A DNA stretch of 64,000 nt from a virus. Under the pieces are notes generated by a model. The model worked only from the letters and a program-made list of their open reading frames with translations. It did no database searches and was not told where the DNA came from. The DNA lies in the IMG/VR virus record IMGVR_UViG_3300036770_003016; one strand, given 5' to 3'. The translations under genes and the position numbers were made by a program. Shown in pieces: positions 45,625 to 55,460 of the stretch (positions are counted from its first letter, which is position 1; every line of letters begins with the position of its first letter).

Positions 45625-46578
45625 TTATCCAATAAAGATTTCAGAAGGAAGAGATCCCATCTGATACATTTCTTCTTCTATCTTACTTAGTTCTTCTTGT
45701 GCTTCTTGCATGATACGAGGGCCATCTAATGTAACTCCACCAGGTAATTGTATACCTGCAAACTTACTTAAATTAGTTCCCCATTGATATTTAATTTTTG
45801 CAGTAGCGTATCGTTTTAAAAATCTGTCATTCCAAACATCTGTATTTCCAGCAACTGTCATAGATACATTTGAACCAGATTGTGTTGGTTCATATACCAA
45901 TTCTATTTCTGTTGGAGATTTTATTTTACGGACTTGAAGACTTTCATTGCCAAAACTCACAACATCGTTTTCAACAATTTCTTGATCAAAAATTGTGTTA
46001 GTTCCAATTACAATTTTAGATGTGTTATCTAATGTAACTGTACCTGTAAGGTTTATAACATCTGGTATTAACTTACGATAACATTCTACAATTACATATT
46101 CACCAACATCTAAATCTCTTGTCCAATCTATGTCAAGAAACAATTTGTTTTGTTTACGATTGAATCTAAATTGTGGAGTACCAGAGAAAAGAAGATTGAG
46201 TGTTGTGATATGTTGCATTGTTATTTCATAAGACACATAAGATACCGATGTAAAATCATACAGATCATGAAGTCTTAATTGGTAACGCAGATCAAACATA
46301 TTGATTGATGAATTTGAGTCATCAAATCTTAATACACCAGTTACAAAAGTTACGGGATCTGGGCAGTAAATCCAACGACGATCAATATCAGCTTGAGTGA
46401 TTTGATGTTTCATATACAATTTTTCTGTACCATCATAGTGATAGTCTTGAAAAAACTGTAATGCATCATCTATACGATCATCAATTTGATCATCATCAAC
46501 ATTTATATCGATTACTGGCCATCCTAATCTACGAAGACAATAATCTTTAAATTGTGCTCTAGTTGTTGGTGTAGACAT
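45625..46578 (-). CDS. gp13: Neck protein gp13
   Basis: YCLRRLGWPVIDINVDDDQ, QWGTNLSKF.G.QLPGGVTLDG; late promoter TATAAATA at 46602-46609. Confidence 0.95.
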   Translation of the reverse strand: MSTPTTRAQFKDYCLRRLGWPVIDINVDDDQIDDRIDDALQFFQDYHYDGTEKLYMKHQITQADIDRRWIYCPDPVTFVTGVLRFDDSNSSINMFDLRYQLRLHDLYDFTSVSYVSYEITMQHITTLNLLFSGTPQFRFNRKQNKLFLDIDWTRDLDVGEYVIVECYRKLIPDVINLTGTVTLDNTSKIVIGTNTIFDQEIVENDVVSFGNESLQVRKIKSPTEIELVYEPTQSGSNVSMTVAGNTDVWNDRFLKRYATAKIKYQWGTNLSKFAGIQLPGGVTLDGPRIMQEAQEELSKIEEEMYQMGSLPSEIFIG

Positions 46579-46620
46579 ATAAAACCCTTTGTTTTATAGT
46601 CTATTTATACGAACAATAAT

Positions 46621-47388
46621 TTAAAGCTTTCTAATAATATCTTCTTCTATACATTCTTTTCCATACTGTATTTCAATAATACATAAATTATCTTTACCTA
46701 CATTTTCTAACCTGTGCCATTTTTTAAGTTCAACGAAATAACTGTCATGTTTTTGAATATTTTTTACTAAAACTTCTTCGTCATTAATCAATGTCGTTAT
46801 TTTACCAAACCCTTCTTCAACAAACCAAAACTCATTTCTGTTTTCATGGTATTGCATTGAAATTGATTTGCCAGGTTCCAATATCAATCTTTTAATCTTT
46901 GTTGTTTTAGAATCATAATATGTCATAAATTTACCCCATACTCTATTTTCGGTAGGGTGTTTCCATTCAGACAATATCCAACTAGAACTATTCTTTTTAT
47001 TTTCGCCACCTACACCAAATTTAAATTCTACTTGAGGATCGTCTTTAAAATTATTCATTTCTGGTATGTTGGTTTTTGTTCTATCTCCACCATTTGCAAA
47101 TATGATTTTTTGTTTTGGGAACATACTTTTTACTACAGAGATAGAATCACAAGCAGATCCATCAGAGTCATTAAAACCTATCGCCAACATCACGCCCTTT
47201 ATATTTTTAACTATATTAATTCTCTCTTCAAATGGCATGAATGCTTGGCCTTTTTTCTTTATCAACCACTCATCACTATTAACACCCACAACAACTCTTC
47301 CATAATTTTGAGCATCATGTATATAAGAAATATGCCCAGAATGAATGGGGTCAAAACCTCCAGTTACTATAACGATATTGTCTTTCAT
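46621..47388 (-). CDS. Cytidylyltransferase-family nucleotidyltransferase fused to a cupin (mannose-6-P isomerase type)
   Basis: TGGFDPIHSGH, FANGGDR, NSSSWIL; RVWG...SMQYH..R.E.W...WHRLEN...EIQYG..C.EEDI. Confidence 0.88.
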   Translation of the reverse strand: MKDNIVIVTGGFDPIHSGHISYIHDAQNYGRVVVGVNSDEWLIKKKGQAFMPFEERINIVKNIKGVMLAIGFNDSDGSACDSISVVKSMFPKQKIIFANGGDRTKTNIPEMNNFKDDPQVEFKFGVGGENKKNSSSWILSEWKHPTENRVWGKFMTYYDSKTTKIKRLILEPGKSISMQYHENRNEFWFVEEGFGKITTLINDEEVLVKNIQKHDSYFVELKKWHRLENVGKDNLCIIEIQYGKECIEEDIIRKL

Positions 47389-48938
47389 AATTTTTTTGAA
47401 GATAAAAAACTACCTTTTTTATTTAACAGAGATTCAATTTTTGTTTTGCGTTTTTTCATTTCTTCAGATGAATTACTTGGATTACCAAACAAAAATGATT
47501 TCATTTTTTTATAAGTATCGTCAATTCTGAAAATTCTATCCCAATTTTCATATTGATTTTTACCAGTCCAACCAATATTGTGTATAAATTTAGATTTAAT
47601 TTCTGGGTGTTGAAAAGTACAGTTAGGATCAGACTGTATTCCTCCTTTACCATACTTGGAATTTAAATTTACATATTTTAAATCAGTTTCTTTTAATGAC
47701 TTAAAAACTACAAATCCATCATATGGTTCACCCATAGGAAGAAGTCTTTCAAATTTATAATTTTCTATAAAAGCTTCATTGAATATTTTAATGTCATTAT
47801 GTTTACCATTAAAAATTAAAATACCACTTTCAACATGATTTAAATCCCAATTTTCTTCTACTTGACAAGCTAAAAAATTATCTCCCAAAATATTTTTTGG
47901 AAAATTTGTATAATCGGCTTGTTTAAATACGCAATCTCCATCAAGCCAAATTAAATAATCGTCATTATGTTTTTGTAATACATCTTGAATAACAAAAGAT
48001 TTATAACTAAATCTCTCTATCATTGTTTTTACATAATCAGCATGTTTTGATTTTTTTCTCAATTCTTTTTTCCAACTGTCATGATGTGGTATTTCTGTAT
48101 TAAAATCTACATATGTGATATTAGGATGATTTATTTGTGGTACATTTCCTTCATAATAAATTTTAGCTTTAAAAGAAGTATAAAAATTTGAAACTTGTAT
48201 AAATGTTTCTATCCATTTTTTACCATACAATAAAAAACCATTTTCATTAAATGTTGTAAAAAATAATATATTGTTAGATTGGTTTCTTTTTTCTTGCATT
48301 ATTAAATTAGACATTCTCCAAGAATCATAATCATTTAAATGATTCATATTACTAGCTGCATGATGAATAAAAATATTTTTTTCTATTAGTAATTCATTAT
48401 TTAAAAATTGAACATCTTCATTGTCAATATAATTATTTCCTATAACAGAATAGTATTCACGCACTGCTCGATGTAAATTATGCATACCATATGATTGTGT
48501 ATCTTTATCTGTTATTGATTTTGCTTCTTCAATCATATAGTCTAATGCTAATTTTAAAACTGGATGATTTCTTTCAGCTCCAAAAAAGAAATTAGCTATG
48601 TTGTCTAATTCTTTCATGAATACTGCTTTTACTTTACCATTTACAAACTCATTTAAATTTTTCTTACAAGTAACATCCAAATCTGAATAGTAACCTCCAT
48701 AAATATAAATTACTGCTAAACGCCAAAAATCTGCTCGCATAATTGGTTGTGGCAATGATTCATACAACCTATGCACTTCTTCTCCAAAATTCTGTAATAT
48801 AAAAGCAGAACACATTTCATCACTACTAATTTTTCTTTTTAAATGTGGATTACTATACTTCCAAGAATTGTATTGATTCTTTAAAGACTTTGGAATATCT
48901 TCAGTTTTCCAAGTTTGCCATAATATATTAGGTATCAT
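47385..48938 (-). CDS. Two-domain glycosyltransferase (GT32/OCH1-like plus a second GT-A domain)
   Basis: IPNILWQTWK, ADFWR...YGGYYSDLD; second domain FSYK...IWLDGD...ESG. Confidence 0.85.
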   Translation of the reverse strand: MIPNILWQTWKTEDIPKSLKNQYNSWKYSNPHLKRKISSDEMCSAFILQNFGEEVHRLYESLPQPIMRADFWRLAVIYIYGGYYSDLDVTCKKNLNEFVNGKVKAVFMKELDNIANFFFGAERNHPVLKLALDYMIEEAKSITDKDTQSYGMHNLHRAVREYYSVIGNNYIDNEDVQFLNNELLIEKNIFIHHAASNMNHLNDYDSWRMSNLIMQEKRNQSNNILFFTTFNENGFLLYGKKWIETFIQVSNFYTSFKAKIYYEGNVPQINHPNITYVDFNTEIPHHDSWKKELRKKSKHADYVKTMIERFSYKSFVIQDVLQKHNDDYLIWLDGDCVFKQADYTNFPKNILGDNFLACQVEENWDLNHVESGILIFNGKHNDIKIFNEAFIENYKFERLLPMGEPYDGFVVFKSLKETDLKYVNLNSKYGKGGIQSDPNCTFQHPEIKSKFIHNIGWTGKNQYENWDRIFRIDDTYKKMKSFLFGNPSNSSEEMKKRKTKIESLLNKKGSFLSSKKL

Positions 48939-49654
48939 TTTTGAATATACTCTTTATTTAAATCTTTCAAAGTAAAAGTATTTAAATTATTTGTTACTGT
49001 TGACAACTTTAAATTTTCTTGAGTTTTTTCTGTAGAAATTCTTTGAGCAGTTTTTAATGGTCCTAAAATATTCATGACTTCAGCTGGAGCTGCATTTGGT
49101 GAGATCATATTTGCTCTATTTTGTAGAGTCAACAATAAAGATTCTTCTTGATGTGTATTTACATTTTGTGTGTCAAAAGAACCATCATCAAGTTCAGCTT
49201 TTATTTTAGACCAAAGATCAAGTTCACGAATTCTATCTTTAGCAACTAATTGCATGTTGGCTCTACCATAAAGTTTTTGTTCAATTTCAATTTGAATAAG
49301 TTCTTTCTCTAATTCATCTTCTTCTTTTTCTAAATTTCTTTGAAGTTTTTTAATCTCTATTTCGTTTTTACGATATTCAAAAGAAAGTTGCATTGTAGTT
49401 TCAAAAAAAGCATTTTGCTCACGGACACATTGCCAATATTTTGATGCATTAGTTGGAAATTTAGCATCATTTAAAACCGACACTCTCATTTCCGTTTCAG
49501 TTCTAAAAATTTGTTTTTTGGACCATGTATCTTTTAGTTCGTCTTTGAGTTTTACCAATTTAGAGAAATCGTCTTCATCAAGAATATTAATTAAAAATTC
49601 TTTTTGATTGGCAAAAGTTGGTATTATATTACGCAATTCATTGTTGTTTTCCAT
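48935..49654 (-). CDS. Coiled-coil hypothetical protein linked to the Kelch cassette
   Basis: FRTETEMRVSVLND.KFPT.ASKYWQCVREQ, followed by a long coiled coil. Confidence 0.75.
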   Translation of the reverse strand: MENNNELRNIIPTFANQKEFLINILDEDDFSKLVKLKDELKDTWSKKQIFRTETEMRVSVLNDAKFPTNASKYWQCVREQNAFFETTMQLSFEYRKNEIEIKKLQRNLEKEEDELEKELIQIEIEQKLYGRANMQLVAKDRIRELDLWSKIKAELDDGSFDTQNVNTHQEESLLLTLQNRANMISPNAAPAEVMNILGPLKTAQRISTEKTQENLKLSTVTNNLNTFTLKDLNKEYIQK

Positions 49655-49680
49655 ATTAAATCCTATAAAAATTATGTAAA

Positions 49681-50715
49681 TTATATTGTATTTATTGCAG
49701 GTACAATTTGATTGTATTCTTCTGTTGAAGATGATGGATAACCAAAACTATCCCCACCAAAAGTTAATGCTGCATTTTGAATGCCAGCACCAGCATGTTC
49801 TACTCTAGCTTGAATTAAATTACCACCAGCTGACCATGATGTACCATCGTATTCTTCTGTTAATGAAAGACGACCCCAATTATAACCACCAAAAGCTAAT
49901 CCTGCGTCTGCGGTACCAGCACCAACTAGAGAATCTCTACCTGTACTTAAATTACCACCAGCTGACCATGATGTACCATTGTATTCTTCTGTTGAGAGTG
50001 TAAGACCACTAGCCCAACCACCAAAAGCTAATGCTGCATCTTGAGTACCAGTACCAGCAAAAGAATACCTACCTGTAATTAAATTACCTCCAGCTGACCA
50101 TGATGTACCATTGTATTCTTCTGTTGAGGTTGATAACAGACCACTGGAGTTAAAACCACTAAAAGCTAATCCTGCATCTTGAGTACCAGCACCAGCATGT
50201 TCATATCTACCTGTAATTAAATTACCACCAGCTGACCATGATGTACCATTATATTCTTCTGTTGAGGATAGATAAGCATTATTTATATCAAAACCACCAA
50301 AAGCTAATCCTGCATCTTGAGTACCAGCACCAGAATGTTTATATCTACCTGTAATTAAACTACCACCAGCTGACCATGATGTACCATTGTATTCTTCTGT
50401 TGAGGATAAACGAGTAAAACCACTATTATAATTAGCAAAACCACCAAAAGCTAATGCTGCATATTGAGTACCAGCACCAGCATGTTCTAATCTAGCTTGA
50501 ATTAAATTACCACTAGTTGACCATGTTTGAGTTATAGCATAATTTAAAATTAAACCTACCGCCTTTATTTTACCTGTAGACATATTATAAAAAATATCGC
50601 CAATATCAGATACAGTTGGATTAGGCATATCGCCAATATAACTATTTACCAAACTAGAATTTTCTAAATTAGTATTTGAAATTTCTTTTGCCAATAATCG
50701 TGTTATAACGCCCAT
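49681..50715 (-). CDS. Kelch-type six-bladed beta-propeller protein A
   Basis: 6 x (R..HAGAGTQ.A.LAFGG-loop-STEEYNGTSW). Confidence 0.88.
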   Translation of the reverse strand: MGVITRLLAKEISNTNLENSSLVNSYIGDMPNPTVSDIGDIFYNMSTGKIKAVGLILNYAITQTWSTSGNLIQARLEHAGAGTQYAALAFGGFANYNSGFTRLSSTEEYNGTSWSAGGSLITGRYKHSGAGTQDAGLAFGGFDINNAYLSSTEEYNGTSWSAGGNLITGRYEHAGAGTQDAGLAFSGFNSSGLLSTSTEEYNGTSWSAGGNLITGRYSFAGTGTQDAALAFGGWASGLTLSTEEYNGTSWSAGGNLSTGRDSLVGAGTADAGLAFGGYNWGRLSLTEEYDGTSWSAGGNLIQARVEHAGAGIQNAALTFGGDSFGYPSSSTEEYNQIVPAINTI

Positions 50716-50718
50716 TTT

Positions 50719-51750
50719 TCACTCTGATAAAAAAATTTGTTCGAATAGATCAGTATTAGCAGTAATTGAGTATTCTTCTGTTGAATTAGATGATGAACCA
50801 CTAATATACCCACCAAAAGCTAATGCTGCATATTGAGTACCAGCACCAGCATGTTCATATCTAGCTTGAATTAAATTACCACCAGTTGACCATGATGTAC
50901 CATTATATTCTTCTGTTGAGGATAGATCACTAAAATAATACCCACCAAAAACTAATCCTGCATATTGAGTACCAGCACCAGCATGACTATATCTAGTTGT
51001 AATTAAATTACCTCCAGCTGACCATGATGTACCATTGTATTCTTCTGTTGAATTACCAACAACATTAGAAGGAATCCCACCAATAGCTAATCCTGCATCT
51101 TGAGTGCCAGCACCAGCATGACTATATCTAGCTTGAATTAAATTACCACCAGTTGACCATGATGTACCATTATATTCTTCTGTTGAGGATGTAACGGTAA
51201 AAGTAACACCAGATATCCCACCAATAGCTAATGCTGCATCTTGAGTACCAGCACCAGCATGATCATATCTAGCTGTAATTAAATTACCTCCAGTTGACCA
51301 TGAAAACCCATTATATTCTTCTGTTGAGGATGTAATGGTAAAATCAACAGTAGATGTCCCACCAAAAAGTAATGCTGTATCGTGAGTACCAGCACCAGCA
51401 TGATCATATCTAGCTGTAATTAGATTACCACGGGATATCCATATTGTGCCATTATATGTTTCTGATGAGTTTCTAGCAAAAAAATCAAGCCCACCAAAAG
51501 CTAATCCTAATCCTCCATCTTGATTACCAGCACCAGCAGCAGAAATTCTGGATCGAATTAAATTACCACCAGTTGACCATGTTCCAGGTAATCTTTTTCC
51601 AGATACATATCTTAGGTTATCACCAATATTATAGGTTAACACCTGACCAAATTTTCTGTCATTTAAATCATAAAAAAATACATTTCTAAGAATAAAAGAT
51701 GAACTTTCTCCACGAATTTTGCTTGCAAATTTTCTGGTAATTGTTCCCAT
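50719..51750 (-). CDS. Kelch-type beta-propeller protein B
   Basis: 6 Kelch-like blades. Confidence 0.88.
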   Translation of the reverse strand: MGTITRKFASKIRGESSSFILRNVFFYDLNDRKFGQVLTYNIGDNLRYVSGKRLPGTWSTGGNLIRSRISAAGAGNQDGGLGLAFGGLDFFARNSSETYNGTIWISRGNLITARYDHAGAGTHDTALLFGGTSTVDFTITSSTEEYNGFSWSTGGNLITARYDHAGAGTQDAALAIGGISGVTFTVTSSTEEYNGTSWSTGGNLIQARYSHAGAGTQDAGLAIGGIPSNVVGNSTEEYNGTSWSAGGNLITTRYSHAGAGTQYAGLVFGGYYFSDLSSTEEYNGTSWSTGGNLIQARYEHAGAGTQYAALAFGGYISGSSSNSTEEYSITANTDLFEQIFLSE

Positions 51751-51761
51751 ATTTTATTATT

Positions 51762-52070
51762 TCAAACAGGCAAATCGACAGATGTTGGTCTTTCACCTAA
51801 CATTTGTATTCTTCTATTTTTCATCTCATCTGTTTCGTTCTCTATAACTAAATTAAACTGTTCATCCCAATTGGTTTGCATAGACTCTAAACATATATTT
51901 TGAGCTTCTTCTAAAGTTTTTTCAACGCCATTAACTCTATTTTTCCATTCTAATGCAACATTATCAGCAACAGCGTAAATATTTCCAGCATGCCCACTAA
52001 AATGACCAAGTTCTCTGTCTTGATGAGTGATAAAACCTTTACCAGTATTTATTGCTTGAATATATTTCAT
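51762..52070 (-). CDS. Small hypothetical protein within the Kelch cassette
   Basis: NTGKGFITH...GHAGNIY. Confidence 0.7.
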   Translation of the reverse strand: MKYIQAINTGKGFITHQDRELGHFSGHAGNIYAVADNVALEWKNRVNGVEKTLEEAQNICLESMQTNWDEQFNLVIENETDEMKNRRIQMLGERPTSVDLPV

Positions 52071-52084
52071 ATATTTTCCTTTAT

Positions 52085-53098
52085 TTAATTATAAACCATA
52101 CTTCTAGTTGTTTCTGAATGTAAAGCAGCTGTTTTTGATCCATGAGATGCTCCAGTTCTATCATAATTGTTAGTTTCTCGAAATAATAATGTACTAGTAT
52201 TTGTCCATGATATGCCATCATATTCTTCTACAATATTTGACCCCCAAGTAACTTCAACATATGTAATACTTCCATAAATAATAGTTTGATCTATATTTAA
52301 AGAACACGCATTTGCTTCTACTCGAGCTCGATTGGTATTAGTGCTAGTTGACCATGATGTACCATTGTATTCTTCTGTTGAGTATGTAAGATAAGGTGCA
52401 TTACTAAAAGTACCACCAATAGCTAATGCTGCATCTTGACTACCAGCAGCAGAAGGTACATTTCTACCTGTAACTAAATTACCACCAGCTGACCATGATG
52501 TGCCATTATATTCTTCTGTTGTTGAGGTTACTCCAGCATTACCAAAAGTTAATGCTGCATCTTGAGTGCCAGTAGCATCATTCCTAAACCTATTTGTAAT
52601 TAAATTACCACCAGCTGACCATGATGTACCATTGTATTCTTCTGTTGAGTTTAATGTATTACTATTAACATCCCAACCACCAATAGCTAATGCTGCGTTT
52701 GGACCACCAGTTCCAGCGAAATATATTCTAGATGTAATTATGTTACCCTCAGCTGACCATGTTATACCATTATATTCTTCTGTTGTGTTTGTATAGTCCC
52801 AAACAATCCGACCACTAAAAGCTAGTGCTGCATTTTGAGTGCCAGAACCACGATGAGTATTCCTACTACTGATCATATTGGATATATAAGTCCAAATTTT
52901 AGTTTGTGGAACTATTGTACGAATATGATATCCATCGAAATAGAGTTCTATAAACTTTAATTTGTTTTCAGTTGTGTTATACCATATTAAAGCATTGTTG
53001 CTTGAATTTGGTTCATAATCAGTAGACCTTTTAACTAAAGGAATACCAACAGGACCATTACCATAAATACTGTTTGCAAATTTTCTAGCTTTAGACAT
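52085..53098 (-). CDS. Kelch-type beta-propeller protein C (more diverged)
   Basis: 5 clear blades plus 1 degenerate blade. Confidence 0.85.
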   Translation of the reverse strand: MSKARKFANSIYGNGPVGIPLVKRSTDYEPNSSNNALIWYNTTENKLKFIELYFDGYHIRTIVPQTKIWTYISNMISSRNTHRGSGTQNAALAFSGRIVWDYTNTTEEYNGITWSAEGNIITSRIYFAGTGGPNAALAIGGWDVNSNTLNSTEEYNGTSWSAGGNLITNRFRNDATGTQDAALTFGNAGVTSTTEEYNGTSWSAGGNLVTGRNVPSAAGSQDAALAIGGTFSNAPYLTYSTEEYNGTSWSTSTNTNRARVEANACSLNIDQTIIYGSITYVEVTWGSNIVEEYDGISWTNTSTLLFRETNNYDRTGASHGSKTAALHSETTRSMVYN

Positions 53099-53109
53099 TT
53101 TTTTATTTA

Positions 53110-55416
53110 CTATAAAATAGGAAGATATCTTACGACAATTTCAGCTTGAGCGCTTGGAGCTTCTACAAACACTAAACTAGTACCGCTTACAGTATAATCT
53201 TCAGTTGGTTCAAAACAAAGACCATTCACAAATACTAAAATATTATCAACATTTCTTCCAGATTCCCATAATGAAAAAGAAGTTGTAGTACCATTACCAG
53301 TAAATTTTTGTCTTGAATATGATAATGTAACTGATGTTGCAACAGAAATTGTACCAGATGCTAAATCTGTTAATGTCGTATTAGCTGTACCTGTAACATC
53401 TCCAGTAAGTGTAACTGTTATGACTGGATCAGGTTTATTGGTCATATTGGCCCAATCAAGGTCTACACTACCTCCAATTGGTCCCCATTCTGTACCATTA
53501 TGTCCTTCAAATCCTTTTGTTTGTGGATTATATCTGAACATTCCTTCTGAACCGTATGTGTCTAAAATAGAATAATCAAATGTTGTTGACTCACTTTGAT
53601 AAATTGTTATGATATAATTAGTTGCTGGTTGATTCGTCACAACAGTTAATGCTGCATCTGATGGAGTATTGTATAGTTCTGTAAGTTCTGGTGGAATTCT
53701 AAATTCTAAAGCATCAAAGAAACCTAGATAATTATCAATTTTTTCTACAAATTCTAATTGTATTGTTGTTGGAGAACTTCTATTCTGTAAAAAACTTGGA
53801 TATTGACTAGAATAATAGACAGTAGGGATAGTAATATCATACAGCTCACCAGGCACTAAATCGTCAAATGATTTGGTTGTTGTGAAAGTGCCAGTTGGTG
53901 CATATATCCACATTCTTGAAGTTCTATCTGTAACACCAATTTGAGGATACAGAGTGTCCATATTTAAAACTATATTAATACATTCATCATTTGTAGTTGC
54001 AGTTCCATTAGCTTCAACTACAGATGTATTAAGATTCATTTCAAATGGTTCAGTTGTTTCAGATGGAACTATTTGATTAAATTTTAAATATGTTGGATTA
54101 GTCGAAGAAACTGTTATTCCTCCGTCAACAATAATTTCTGGAGTGGCATATAACTGAGTGTTTATTGGTGTGATAACATTGTCTACAATAACAATATCGG
54201 TCAATACCAATGAAGTACCAAAAATGTTTTCACCAAAAATATCTTTAACAGATATGTCAGAGTTAATGTTTAATAAAGGAGTAACAACTTCTATTTCAGT
54301 AGGTACCAACTCTTTTATAGTTGTTAGACTTTTATTATATTCTTCTGTTGAGGATACATAACTAGTGTTATATCTATCACCACCAAAAGCTAATGCTGCA
54401 TCTTGAGTACCAGCACCAGCATGCCAGGCTCTACCTGCAATTAAATAACCACCATATGACCATGATGTACCATCGTATTCTTCTGTTGAGGAAAAATATG
54501 TATAATTAGCAATACCACCAAAAGCTAATCCTGCATTTTGAGTACCAGCACCAGCATGACTTGATCTAGCTGTACTTAAACTACCACCAGCTGACCATGA
54601 TGTACCATCGTATTCTTCTGTTGAAGATAGATAATTGTCAACACTATACCCACCAAAAGCTAATCCTGCATCTTGAGTACCAGCACCAGCATGATTTGAT
54701 CTAGCTGTAATTAAATTACCACCAGATGACCATGATGTACCATTGTATTCTTCTGTTGAGGATAGATAAGTGTTATTCCCACCAAAAGTTAATCCTGCAT
54801 CTTGAGTACCAGCACCAGCATTCCAGCCTCTAGCTGTAATTAAATTACCACCAGCTGACCATGATGTACCATCATATTCTTCTGTTGAGAATTGAAAACC
54901 ACCATCAGTTTGGCCACCAATAGCTAATCCTGCATCTTGAGTACCAGCACTAGCTAAATCATCTTTAGCTTGAATTAAATTACCACCAGCTGACCATGAT
55001 GTACCATTGTATTCTTCTGTTGAGGATAGATAATCACTAGATTGACCACCAAAAGCTAATGCTGCATCTTGAGTACCAGCACCAGCATGAAACATTCTAC
55101 CTGTAATTAAATCACCACCAACTGACCATGCTGCAATTAATACTTGTACATCAGTTTCTACATCTTGAATTTCTGTAGAAACTGATTGATCTGCCAAAAG
55201 ATTTATCTCTTCAAAGTAAATTCCATTTTTCAAATATATGTTGTACCAAGAGTTAGTTGATAGACCTATGTCATATACACCATCAATTGCTGGAACAACA
55301 TCTTCCATTATTTGAGAAAGGTCAGCTTGGCCACCTTCTGCCGAAACGCCAGAGTACCCAGAATAACCTGATACTCCAACATAAGTGCTGCCTAAAAAAT
55401 TACTTAATCTGATCAT
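53110..55416 (-). CDS. Tail-fibre-like protein D with an internal six-blade Kelch propeller
   Basis: SGYSGYSG N-terminus, 6 blades, GMFRYN...FEGHNGTEWG fibre motif, C-terminal FTGNGTTTSF...VFVNG...DYTVSG domain. Confidence 0.85.
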   Translation of the reverse strand: MIRLSNFLGSTYVGVSGYSGYSGVSAEGGQADLSQIMEDVVPAIDGVYDIGLSTNSWYNIYLKNGIYFEEINLLADQSVSTEIQDVETDVQVLIAAWSVGGDLITGRMFHAGAGTQDAALAFGGQSSDYLSSTEEYNGTSWSAGGNLIQAKDDLASAGTQDAGLAIGGQTDGGFQFSTEEYDGTSWSAGGNLITARGWNAGAGTQDAGLTFGGNNTYLSSTEEYNGTSWSSGGNLITARSNHAGAGTQDAGLAFGGYSVDNYLSSTEEYDGTSWSAGGSLSTARSSHAGAGTQNAGLAFGGIANYTYFSSTEEYDGTSWSYGGYLIAGRAWHAGAGTQDAALAFGGDRYNTSYVSSTEEYNKSLTTIKELVPTEIEVVTPLLNINSDISVKDIFGENIFGTSLVLTDIVIVDNVITPINTQLYATPEIIVDGGITVSSTNPTYLKFNQIVPSETTEPFEMNLNTSVVEANGTATTNDECINIVLNMDTLYPQIGVTDRTSRMWIYAPTGTFTTTKSFDDLVPGELYDITIPTVYYSSQYPSFLQNRSSPTTIQLEFVEKIDNYLGFFDALEFRIPPELTELYNTPSDAALTVVTNQPATNYIITIYQSESTTFDYSILDTYGSEGMFRYNPQTKGFEGHNGTEWGPIGGSVDLDWANMTNKPDPVITVTLTGDVTGTANTTLTDLASGTISVATSVTLSYSRQKFTGNGTTTSFSLWESGRNVDNILVFVNGLCFEPTEDYTVSGTSLVFVEAPSAQAEIVVRYLPIL

Positions 55417-55460
55417 TTATAAACCCTCGGTGCTTTTTATATTTTTTTTAATGTTTTTGA

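Larger units (their letters stand above)
49700..55130. repeat. Dispersed tandem repeats of about 130-145 nt encoding Kelch blades, near-identical across four genes
   Basis: The 15-mer gaccatgatgtacca occurs 15 times by manual count. Confidence 0.9.

Noticed and set aside
49700-55130. CRISPR-like array (constant repeats with variable spacers)
   Set aside because: The repeats are in-frame coding Kelch blades of about 130-145 nt within long ORFs; there are no cas genes or leader
49681-55416. Classical diversity-generating retroelement
   Set aside because: No reverse transcriptase or non-coding template repeat in the window, and loops differ in length, which adenine-specific mutagenesis does not explain. 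An RT elsewhere in the genome cannot be excluded
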